Assembly: GCA_047517965.1 (NCBI GenBank)
Contig: JAKZRU010000015.1
Coordinates: 10,982 to 74,981, forward strand
Length of the DNA stretch: 64,000 nt
DNA from: Gammaproteobacteria bacterium
Lineage (GTDB): Bacteria > Pseudomonadota > Gammaproteobacteria > Arenicellales > JAJDZL01
Reading direction: 5' to 3'
Below are positions 48,705 through 57,617 of this stretch, one piece after another (positions within the stretch are counted from its first letter, which is position 1; every line of letters starts with the position of its first letter). The translations under genes were made by a program, and so were the position numbers. The notes beneath the pieces are model-generated. The model searched no databases and was not told the DNA's origin. It saw nothing but the letters and a program-made list of their open reading frames with translations.

Positions 48705-49727
48705 TCATCGGATTTCATTGATTAGGTATTCGATTCTTCGTGCACCTGATGGATGAGTTGAAATCCAGTCCACAACATCATCATTGCATGAAAGAGGACT
48801 ATCTGAAGCCAGTCCACACATATAATTCGTCAATTTTGTAATGGCATTTACGAAGTGTAGTTGATCCATGTCGCTGGCTTGAAGATACTGCAAGGCTGCC
48901 AAGTCAGCTTCCTGCTCGAAATTCCGACTGTTTTTGAATGCCCATCCGTTGATTAAAACTGCAGATATTTCTTCAATTACACTGTCATCCGCACCGAACA
49001 GTAAATATGCCAAAGCGGATATTCCAATAATTTCGATGACTTGCTTCAATGAATGGCGTTCTTCAACGTGTGCGAATTCATGTGCAATGACAGCCAATAA
49101 CTCCTCATCATTCGACAGCAATTCAACAAGCTCGTCAGTGACGACAATCGGCCCGCCAGGAAATGCAAATGCGTTCGGTCCAAACCAATCTGAATCATGA
49201 AAAATGATCTCAGCAGGCCTGCTCAATTCTGCCATTTGAGCGATGTCCTGCGCTCTTAGGCGAATTCCGTCCTGATAATCTATCGGTATACCGCTTTCAG
49301 AGAGTGCAAATAATTGAACGCTCTGGTAGGAATTAGTTCCAATTGCTTCCTCCCAACGATCTGGAAATAAAACGGCAATACCACTTCCAATGGTTGAAAA
49401 CGCAAACCGATAAGCTACTATCCCCGTTATCAGCAATAACGTAATGACTATTGCCTTAGAGAATGTGAATTTTTCCAACCAGGATATGGTTCGTTGTATT
49501 CTGCTCCGAAACTGTCGCTTGAATTCCGCAGGCAGGCTTTCTTCTGATTGGAAGTAACTTCCACATTTGAAATGAATATTGTCTAACCCTTGAATGCTCT
49601 CGATGTGCAAATTTCTGAATGTTGCACCATCTTTTCTGTCAATGCGAATTTCCCCATGCTCGACCAAAAGAACGGAAGGTTGGTTGCTTGATGACAGTGG
49701 TTCGAAGAAGTGTCCTTTAATTTTCAT
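48705..49727 (-). CDS. M48 family Zn metallopeptidase
   Basis: NAFAFPGG, HEFAH, EQEAD, STHP. Confidence 0.9.
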   Translation of the reverse strand: MKIKGHFFEPLSSSNQPSVLLVEHGEIRIDRKDGATFRNLHIESIQGLDNIHFKCGSYFQSEESLPAEFKRQFRSRIQRTISWLEKFTFSKAIVITLLLITGIVAYRFAFSTIGSGIAVLFPDRWEEAIGTNSYQSVQLFALSESGIPIDYQDGIRLRAQDIAQMAELSRPAEIIFHDSDWFGPNAFAFPGGPIVVTDELVELLSNDEELLAVIAHEFAHVEERHSLKQVIEIIGISALAYLLFGADDSVIEEISAVLINGWAFKNSRNFEQEADLAALQYLQASDMDQLHFVNAITKLTNYMCGLASDSPLSCNDDVVDWISTHPSGARRIEYLINEIR

Positions 49728-49734
49728 TCTTAGT

Positions 49735-50877
49735 CTAGATGGAAATTTCTATACCCTCCAGCTCAGCAAACTCTTCACCGAAGGAACTCATTTTCTCAAG
49801 TTCTTCATCTAAAAATTCCTTAGCGGCCGGTTCAATTCTGTACAGCGTTTTATTTGCGAGATAGCGATAGCGGCGCACAGCTGCCCACGGTGCAAGTAAT
49901 CCGACAGAAATGATTACTAACAGGTAGTTTGAGAGTGAAATCCACAGAAATACAAGCGGATTCAATTTCGAGTCAAAACTGACGGCTTCTCCCAGAGTGA
50001 TTGTTCTGACTAATATGTTCCGACAAACTGTTTGGTAAATCCAAACTAATGCGAAAATTGCCAAAATCAGGAGGAAATACAATGGTTCCACTTCCTCAAG
50101 CGAAATGGCAGTTGCCAATTCGGCTGTAATTTGATAGATTGCAATAAAAGCAATAATTCCAGGTACGAGTACCACAAGCAGAAACGCGGAAAAGAATTTC
50201 GACATTTTTGAATTTGCATCGAATCGTGTCGTTCCGAATGAGTGACCTTGAGCATAATACTGATAGTAGTATTTCGATACCAATGGCAGCAGAATGCCAA
50301 CTGAAATAATGCTGAGAATCGGACCTATCACGAAGAAGAAGAAGGTTTTCCAGTAGGTCCCGTGCCAATTGAATCGTACGTTACACCAAGATGTCATTCT
50401 TGCGTTGAATTTCATTGATTTATTGATCAGCCAAGGCAAAAGAAAGACAAATAACAGCACTACTACGACGCTGGCTAGTAGAAAATATGTCGAAGTGACA
50501 CTGTAAAGAATAATTACAGCGAACCCGATCAGCCTACCCACTAACAGTTGTTTGCCTGTCGCGTGATAGCTGAAGGAAGAACGATTCAATGAAGAATTGT
50601 TCAGGAAAAATTTCATGCGTCGGACTTTTGCCCAGACGCTATAGATTCCTAGAGTACAAATTGAAAGAATCAGGTTTGAGATCCAGATTCCAAAATATTC
50701 TGTAGCCTTTCCCCTGAACTCAATAGGTTGGAAATCTGCAGATGGATTGAAATCCGGTTCCACATTCTCTTCTTCATTTAAGCCCGATGGATTTCCAGAG
50801 CCATCAACAACAGAGTCTTCTCCATTGGGTTCAGGCGAGATTTCTAATTCATGTCGTTGAACCATCGCACTCAGCAA
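49735..50877 (-). CDS. YjgN/DUF898 family membrane protein
   Basis: F.G...EYFGIWI.NL.L.I.TLGIY..WAKVR; typical partner of the downstream M48 peptidase. Confidence 0.88.
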   Translation of the reverse strand: MLSAMVQRHELEISPEPNGEDSVVDGSGNPSGLNEEENVEPDFNPSADFQPIEFRGKATEYFGIWISNLILSICTLGIYSVWAKVRRMKFFLNNSSLNRSSFSYHATGKQLLVGRLIGFAVIILYSVTSTYFLLASVVVVLLFVFLLPWLINKSMKFNARMTSWCNVRFNWHGTYWKTFFFFVIGPILSIISVGILLPLVSKYYYQYYAQGHSFGTTRFDANSKMSKFFSAFLLVVLVPGIIAFIAIYQITAELATAISLEEVEPLYFLLILAIFALVWIYQTVCRNILVRTITLGEAVSFDSKLNPLVFLWISLSNYLLVIISVGLLAPWAAVRRYRYLANKTLYRIEPAAKEFLDEELEKMSSFGEEFAELEGIEISI

Positions 50878-51425
50878 AATTGTGTGTTGTAATATTTGAG
50901 ATTTGGAAAATGTTGAAGAAATAGTTGTTTAGATTCAACTTTTTCGATTGAGAAGTGTTGTCGGAGAAAGAATGAAATAACACCAATGATAATTCATTGC
51001 AAAACAATCGAAATTTTTACCAATTAATTTTGGTGGTGCGAGAATGGCCACTAAGTATAAATTTACTGCCGATGCAAGAGGATTAGCATGCATATTCCTC
51101 ATTTTGCTGGATTCAATAAGAATCTGCTCGTAATTTCCGTCTCCCATAATATTGAAGTACCTTAAGTTATAGAGATTGTGGACTTTTGCGGTGGGTTGCT
51201 AGCAAGTGCAGCGATCTATTCACTGAGACAGTCAGCGATAGAGTCGAGATTCATCTTAGTTTGTGGCTAACTTAATTCATTTCTCCGTGAAATGCCACTA
51301 CCCGAAGAATTACCATCTATCGTAAGCCATACGTCAGCATCTTTTCGAGCAAAGACGGCTTCTACTTTTCCACAGTCGGGCTGGTCAGCGTGCGGCAACT
51401 TACCTGAGAGAATCTCGGACCGTAT

Positions 51426-52232
51426 TTAGTACCGATTGCGCTCGCGTAGCACTACATATGCCGTCGCGAAAATAACCGTCACCAGGATGAAAAGAATACC
51501 GATCACGTTGATGGCAGGGCTGAGACCGAATCGCATTCGCGCTCCGATTTCGGTTACCAAGGTATGACTGCCACCGATCGAAAAAATTGTGGTGTTGTAA
51601 TTCTCGAAGGACTGCAGAAATGCAATTGCAGCAGCAGTCAGGATTGTCGGCCGCAGGAACGGCAAGGTAATTCGTCGGAACGCACGGGCATGTGTCGCTC
51701 CGAGATCTAGAGCAGCCTCTTCCAGCGTGATATCCTGGCGTTGCAGGCGCGCCATGAACATCAGCATGGCGTACGATGAAATGAAGGAGGCCTGAGCGAC
51801 AGTAGCGGTAAAAATTCCACCAGGGACGCCAATCTCGCGCCAGAATATCAAGGTTGAAATGCCTAGGATGATGCCCGGCGTCAGTAGCGGCGATACCATC
51901 AGCGCATAGATAAGTCCGTTGAAGCGTGATTCCAACCGCGTTACCAGAAGGGCACCGGCAAGCCCCAAGGGCAGTGAGATTACGATAACCCCAGATGCAA
52001 TTATGAACGAGTTCACCAAACCGACCCACATTCGGCTATCGTGGGCCAACACTCCGAACCACTTGAGTGTAAAGCCCCGCCAGACAGTAACCGAGGGTTG
52101 TTCGAAGTCGTTGAAGCCAGCCGCCACCATAATGATCAACGGCAGAAACATGTATAGGAAGAATATTCCCATGTAGACGTTGAGAACGACTTGGCTTGCC
52201 TTACTGGATATCGCAGGCGAGACAGACGTCAT
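51426..52232 (-). CDS. Spermidine/putrescine-type ABC permease (PotC/PotI-like)
   Basis: GFTLKWF, LEEAALDLGA, ITLP. Confidence 0.88.
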   Translation of the reverse strand: MTSVSPAISSKASQVVLNVYMGIFFLYMFLPLIIMVAAGFNDFEQPSVTVWRGFTLKWFGVLAHDSRMWVGLVNSFIIASGVIVISLPLGLAGALLVTRLESRFNGLIYALMVSPLLTPGIILGISTLIFWREIGVPGGIFTATVAQASFISSYAMLMFMARLQRQDITLEEAALDLGATHARAFRRITLPFLRPTILTAAAIAFLQSFENYNTTIFSIGGSHTLVTEIGARMRFGLSPAINVIGILFILVTVIFATAYVVLRERNRY

Positions 52233-53278
52233 TTCGCGATTTCCTTAATTCCGACCCGGAAGACTCGCATCAGCACGAAAATGAAAACAACGCAAGCAAT
52301 CAATAGCGTGAACGCATAGGCGGCACCGGCATTCCAGTTGGCCGATTCGAAGAATTTGTTGTAGATCAACTGCGTAAACCAGGGTGGAGCAATGCCGCGA
52401 GTCATGATGTAAGGCACGGCGTAGGACCCAGCTGACAGCATGAATGTCATGATTGCGCCCACGGCAATGCCGGGCTTGGCGTGCGGCAGAATGATCCGCC
52501 AATGAATCTTCCAAGCCGGTGCGCCTAGGTCACGAGCCGCTTCAATCTGGTTGGTGTCGAGTGTCTCGACCGTGTTGTAGATCGGAAAAACCATGAAGAG
52601 GATAAAGGCGTAGACCATGGCGATGAAAACGCCGGTGCCACTTTCGAGAAAGGGTACCGGATCGATTCCCATAAGTCCAAGGAAATAGTTAGCAACGCCG
52701 TTGTAATTAAGGATCATCAGCCAAGCGAAGATGCGTAGCAACTCGTTGATCGAATAGGGAATGATCAGCCCCAGCATGATGATCGCGACTTTCCTTGGTG
52801 GAGACAGTTTCGCCACTGCATAGGCGATCGGGTAGCAAACCACAAAGGCGATCACAGTCACCGCAAGTGATGCCAAAATCGTTTTGGCAAAAATCATGAG
52901 GTGAGATTTCCCCATAAGCGCGTAGTTGTACAGCGAATAAACCTTTTGGGGCTCAATCTCTTGAGATTCAAGTTCTTTTATCTCAGCCGACAGGGCTTCG
53001 ATGCGCTCATCGAATTCGGCGATCGTTGTGTCGCGCTCGGGCGAAGCCTCAAGCGATTCAGTATCAGATTTATCAAATCGAAGTAAATCATTCTCGTTGT
53101 ATAAATTGTTAATTCGATTCGATAATGTAACGGAATCGCTGCCGAGATCCAGGTGCCAAAACGATTTCTCAACCATGATTAACTGGGGTGCGACAATCAT
53201 ACCCAGAATCCAGACACCCGAAAGCAACAGGATAACCCCCGTTAGAAGTGGACCGAAAGAGCGGAACAAGTTATTCAT
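52229..53278 (-). CDS. Spermidine/putrescine-type ABC permease (PotB/PotH-like)
   Basis: CYPIAY, LRIFAW, IEAARDLGA, ILPHAKPGI. Confidence 0.88.
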   Translation of the reverse strand: MNNLFRSFGPLLTGVILLLSGVWILGMIVAPQLIMVEKSFWHLDLGSDSVTLSNRINNLYNENDLLRFDKSDTESLEASPERDTTIAEFDERIEALSAEIKELESQEIEPQKVYSLYNYALMGKSHLMIFAKTILASLAVTVIAFVVCYPIAYAVAKLSPPRKVAIIMLGLIIPYSINELLRIFAWLMILNYNGVANYFLGLMGIDPVPFLESGTGVFIAMVYAFILFMVFPIYNTVETLDTNQIEAARDLGAPAWKIHWRIILPHAKPGIAVGAIMTFMLSAGSYAVPYIMTRGIAPPWFTQLIYNKFFESANWNAGAAYAFTLLIACVVFIFVLMRVFRVGIKEIAK

Positions 53279-54359
53279 CCGCTAGGTCCCCGGCATCCAT
53301 TACTATCGCGTCATCTGGATCGAAAGAGATCTCAAGTGTCTGGGGAACCTCTCGATTGGCCTCGCCGACATTGGTTAGATGAATTGCAAAAATCTGATGA
53401 TCATTCCGGAAGAAAAGATTGACAAATGGTCCTTCCAAGTCACGCCTAATGAAAGACACACGAACACGATTCTCCGGCAGTTCGCTTCCAGAGATGATCT
53501 GCATCTTCTCGGGTCTTACGAAAAGCATCGCCTTGGCACCAACACTGAGTCCGTGATTATTACGTGCCCTAAAGGACCCATACGCTGTGGCGATCACGCC
53601 ATAAGTTTTGTCACTGGATTCAATTTCACCGTAAATTACGTTGTTCTCACCGACGAAGCTAGCGACAAATGGGGTTGCGGGCGCGTCGTAAATACGGTCC
53701 GTGGTGTCCACCTGCAGGATCACACCATCCTTCATAACAGCGAGGCGATCCGACATCGCGAGGGCTTCGCCTTGGTCATGGGTAATGTAAATGAAAGTAA
53801 TTTGCGTCTTGCGCTGTATCTCCTTCAGTTCCGCACGCATGTGCTGACGGAGTTTCAGGTCGAGCGCGGACAGTGGTTCATCCAGCAGCAGGACAGATGG
53901 TTCCACGGCCAATGCCCGCGCGACAGCGACCCTCTGACGTTGCCCACCCGACAACTCGTTTGGCATCTTTTCCGCTTGGTCCAAGAGTTCGACGAGATCG
54001 AGAAGCTCGAAAGCACGCTTGCGACGCTTGTCCTTCGGCCAGTCGCGCATTTCGAGCCCGAAAGCGACATTTTCCCAGACTGGCATCAGCGGAAAGAGTG
54101 CTAAATTCTGAAAAATAAGTGCTGTTGGTCGCTTGTGCGGGCCGATGCCCGCCATATTCTCACCACCTATAAGAACTTGACCGCTTGAAGATTCAAGGAA
54201 ACCCGAGATGAGTCGCAGCATGGTTGTCTTACCACAGCCAGATGGTCCAAGTATGGAGAAGAACTCACCGGCGTTGATCTGCAATTCGGTTGGGTGAATG
54301 GCGATAAATTCGCCGAATTTGACGGAAACATTCAGCAGAGAAACGTCTTTTCCGCGCAT
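53271..54359 (-). CDS. Spermidine/putrescine-type ABC ATP-binding protein (PotA/PotG-like)
   Basis: GPSGCGKTT, LSGGQRQR, LDEPLSALD, THDQ.EA, TOBE-like C-terminus. Confidence 0.92.
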   Translation of the reverse strand: MRGKDVSLLNVSVKFGEFIAIHPTELQINAGEFFSILGPSGCGKTTMLRLISGFLESSSGQVLIGGENMAGIGPHKRPTALIFQNLALFPLMPVWENVAFGLEMRDWPKDKRRKRAFELLDLVELLDQAEKMPNELSGGQRQRVAVARALAVEPSVLLLDEPLSALDLKLRQHMRAELKEIQRKTQITFIYITHDQGEALAMSDRLAVMKDGVILQVDTTDRIYDAPATPFVASFVGENNVIYGEIESSDKTYGVIATAYGSFRARNNHGLSVGAKAMLFVRPEKMQIISGSELPENRVRVSFIRRDLEGPFVNLFFRNDHQIFAIHLTNVGEANREVPQTLEISFDPDDAIVMDAGDLADE

Positions 54360-54440
54360 TAGGTTAGACTTTTCCCTACTTTGGTCTGTTCGTATCAGGA
54401 AACTACATTCTCACAGTGCATCATAGCCCCGCAAAAGATG

Positions 54441-54467
54441 GGAGGAAGGGGGACGCCCCCTTCCTCC
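54441..54467 (-). terminator. Hairpin directly downstream of SBP gene
   Basis: GGAGGAAGGGGG-acg-CCCCCTTCCTCC, perfect 12-bp stem 8 nt after the stop. Confidence 0.55.
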
Positions 54468-54475
54468 AAATTGGT

Positions 54476-55621
54476 CTACGCGGTGGTCAGAAGCTCGACA
54501 TATTCCGTGCGGACATCGGAGAACCAAGGGGTGAACATCGGCCACCACCAGAAATTTTCGATGGAATCCCCTGGATAGGCGATCTCGAAAGCCACCTTGT
54601 TTGCATCCGCCAAATGGCCAGCAGAATCAACGGCGGCAGAGTTGTATCCGGTGTTGTTGGCAAACATGCCGCCAATTTCGGGAGTAAGCATGAAGTTAAT
54701 GAACTCATAGGCCTGCTCCAGATTTTCCGCCCCTGATGGAATTCCCATGGTATCCATCCATGCAAGAGCACCTTCTTTCGGTGAACTATAGCGCCACTTC
54801 TGATCGACATCGATATGGAGTTTAATGCCGGTTGTGTCCCAAGTCTGACCGATAGTGCAACCTGCATCGGTGAATGCGGCTGTCGCCTCGGTGGCGTTAT
54901 TCCAAAAGGCGCCGATGTTCTTCTTGTGATCCTTCACGAAATTGACGCAGGCATCAAAAATTCGACGTGTGTCCTCTTCGGACTTGTACAAATCCATCGC
55001 ACGGTTGGATGGAAGAGCACCGGTAGCGTCAAGGTAAAGAGCTACTGTGATGAGAAGCGACTTTTGGCGACCCGCAACCTTGCCATCTAGGCCATCGCCC
55101 CAAAGATGTCCGTATGAAAGTTCGCCGGGAGCTATGTTGTGAGCACTGCTGTCGTATGTAATCCCTTCTGTTCCCCAATCGAACGGGATCAGGTAGCGTG
55201 TACCACGTCCAACCGCTCCGAGGCTGATTGAACTGCGCCACAGTGCAGGTACGACACGGTCAACTTCGAGCCGAGACTCGTCAATTGGTTGCAACAAATT
55301 GTCTTTGTCGTATTCCGGCCGGGTATCGACGGAAGGAAAGATGACATCGAAACCCTTACCGCCCGAAGCACGTAGTTTATTTAGTGCCTCTTCGTTGGAC
55401 CCAAACGTCGATAGGTTCAATTTAATTCCGGTTGCCGCCTCGAATGCTTCGATGATGTTCGGCTGAACATAGTCGCCCCAAGCAAAGACATTGACTTCAC
55501 CAGAGGCCGATAGTGCCTTCGAGCTGATGACCCAAGGGCCTACCGCCGCGGCTACACCAGCAAGCCCACTTGTTTTTAAAAAATTCCGACGGCTAGTGCC
55601 TCGGGTAACATTCCTAGTCAT
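54476..55621 (-). CDS. Polyamine-type ABC substrate-binding protein (PotD/PotF-like), Tat signal
   Basis: SRRNFLK, W.DY, FGSNEE, PKEG...WMD, AYEFINF. Confidence 0.9.
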   Translation of the reverse strand: MTRNVTRGTSRRNFLKTSGLAGVAAAVGPWVISSKALSASGEVNVFAWGDYVQPNIIEAFEAATGIKLNLSTFGSNEEALNKLRASGGKGFDVIFPSVDTRPEYDKDNLLQPIDESRLEVDRVVPALWRSSISLGAVGRGTRYLIPFDWGTEGITYDSSAHNIAPGELSYGHLWGDGLDGKVAGRQKSLLITVALYLDATGALPSNRAMDLYKSEEDTRRIFDACVNFVKDHKKNIGAFWNNATEATAAFTDAGCTIGQTWDTTGIKLHIDVDQKWRYSSPKEGALAWMDTMGIPSGAENLEQAYEFINFMLTPEIGGMFANNTGYNSAAVDSAGHLADANKVAFEIAYPGDSIENFWWWPMFTPWFSDVRTEYVELLTTA

Positions 55622-56162
55622 TTTGAGTAACCTCTCTAAAATTTAACTACGTCGATATCGACACTAGAGACAGCAACCCCTTGATTGTAATTTACCTAGT
55701 ACGTCACAACTCTACAGAGAATAGTAGCACAATATTAATATATTTGATAACTTACACATGAGTAATTTCGTTAAAAATAGATGTACCTCGCTCTAAACTT
55801 GTAATAGCAACGAATAATATTGATTGTGAATAAAATTAGTGGCATACCTCCGGTTTGCTAGACAAATTTAGTTGCTTGTAATCAACCAGATGTGCCGCTT
55901 TCTCCAACCCTTATTTGACAAGATACTCTGCAAGTGAGGAATGTTCACCCGCGAATCCTAAAACTCTATTCGAGCTTCGCCCTCACCTCGTTTCAGAAAT
56001 CGCAACATGTATCGTTCCAACACCAAACAGCTATCCTTGAAAACAAGAGCCGTCCACACGACGACTACTTTTAGTAATAGCTCCAAGAGAAATCTCGCAA
56101 AATCAAACTCGAATTACTGAAATAAAATTCAATAGAAGCAACTTCCTAGGAGAAAAGATAAT

Positions 56163-56513
56163 ATAAAAAAGGTTTACGTAATTTCAGCACTAACTGTAGT
56201 ACTGGTATTACTAGTTGTTGGCGTTGCAGTCGACTTTATGTCGTTCGACCGCACCAAAGGTGGTTATGAACCACCCTATACTGGATACACCGGCGAGCCC
56301 GTCAATTGGAACGAAGGCAGAGTAACGGAAATCGGATTCTATCGCGACGGTTATATCGTTGACACGATATTTAACTGCACAAGTGGCGAAATCAGTTTCA
56401 ATGTGATCGGCATAGATTTTCCTTTTCGCAAAGTGTTGGAGCGAGGAATAGTTGTCCATAAGCCGCGTGAGGCTTGTACCGAACGGGGGGGTTCAAACCG
56501 GAATTTTGATTGA
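56163..56513 (+). pseudogene. Hypothetical exported/membrane-anchored protein, probably decaying (ATA start, G7 frameshift)
   Basis: Frame of ORF 56238..56513 extends upstream as IKKVYVISALTVVLVLLVVGVAVDF from an ATA 9 nt after AGGAGA; G7 run at 56485-91 near the 3' end. Confidence 0.5.
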
Positions 56514-56895
56514 ATTTTCTAAAACCGTGTCTTCCTTTTTCGCTAATAATCTGTACGAATAAGTCATCATGCCAGTACAGACCACATTTCGCTTGATCGC
56601 GGAAGTTCCCTGATCTTAAAGATGATGTAGAATCGCGCACACAACTTAGCCACCGAACACAGGGATAAGAGCTTGAATTGACGATTTAGTGGGAGGAACC
56701 AAATCTCACACCCTTGAATTTCCCAATAAAATTAAGGGATTCAGAGCAGCGCATATCCCCCACCAAGAATAATACTTCCGCAGATGCACGAGTATAGGTT
56801 TGCACAACGAAGCAACAAATTCACACTATAATTTCCCACTTTATTTACATTCTATACTTCAAATCAGAAGCTGGAAACTAGGAGACAAATTTGCT

Positions 56896-57219
56896 ATGAG
56901 ATCCACTAGCCGGATTCTTTTGTGGGTTGCCTGCTTTATTGCTTCATTCAATGCTGGAGCACAAGGCGATTACGAAGCAGGGCGAGACAAGTCTTTTACC
57001 TGTACAGGATGTCATTCTTCACCAGGATATCGCAACGCCTATCCCGGATATACGGTTCCAAAGCTCGGCGGTCAAAAAGCCGATTATTTGATGGCAGCTC
57101 TAAAGGCTTATCGAGATGGAGGCAGAACTCACAAGACGATGCACGCTCAGATTGCACAGTTAAGCGATCAAGAAATTTCCGATATTGCCGCTTATTTTTC
57201 ACAACTGGTTAGAAAGTAG
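56896..57219 (+). CDS. Monoheme c-type cytochrome (c553/c4-like)
   Basis: Signal peptide, CTGCH, P.LGGQ..DYL, M ligand, DIAAYF; GGAG RBS. Confidence 0.9.
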   Translation: MRSTSRILLWVACFIASFNAGAQGDYEAGRDKSFTCTGCHSSPGYRNAYPGYTVPKLGGQKADYLMAALKAYRDGGRTHKTMHAQIAQLSDQEISDIAAYFSQLVRK

Positions 57220-57224
57220 TTGCT

Positions 57225-57572
57225 ATGAAGATGAACCGTACAAAAATTCAATCGCTTTTGCTCGCCGCCGCACTCATCGTCACATTGTCACCAGCCAGTG
57301 TTTCTGCAGGAGATATTGAAGCAGGTAAAGCAAATTCAGCGGTCTGTTTAACATGCCACAAAACCAGTAATGAGGTTGTTGGAGTCGGTACACCCATCAT
57401 ATCGGGACAGTATGAAGACTACTTGATACAGGCGTTAGACGACTACAAATCCGGTGCTCGAAATAATCCTGTGATGGGCGCGTTTGCAGCTGGCCTTAGT
57501 GATGAAGATATAGAAGACATTGCTGCATTTTATGCCTCAATAGATTCTCAGTTATTTACGCCGACGGAATAG
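57225..57572 (+). CDS. Monoheme c-type cytochrome (c553/c4-like)
   Basis: Signal peptide, CLTCH, P.ISGQ..DYL, RNNPVM, DIAAFY. Confidence 0.9.
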   Translation: MKMNRTKIQSLLLAAALIVTLSPASVSAGDIEAGKANSAVCLTCHKTSNEVVGVGTPIISGQYEDYLIQALDDYKSGARNNPVMGAFAAGLSDEDIEDIAAFYASIDSQLFTPTE

Positions 57573-57617
57573 CAATCAATCGAACACGCCACAGAACGAT
57601 TTAATCGGGTTTCGTAT

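Noticed and set aside
48705-50877. yjgN plus M48 peptidase pair as a novel system
   Set aside because: A widely conserved gene pair; nothing atypical seen here
50935-51147. Small ORF in the yjgN-potC spacer (also 34593..34784, 62002..62190, 62221..62463)
   Set aside because: Short ORFs in AT-rich spacers with no family features or clear RBS
55840-55860. Possible sigma-54 promoter TGGCA...TTGC
   Set aside because: GG-to-GC spacing is 14 nt rather than the required 10
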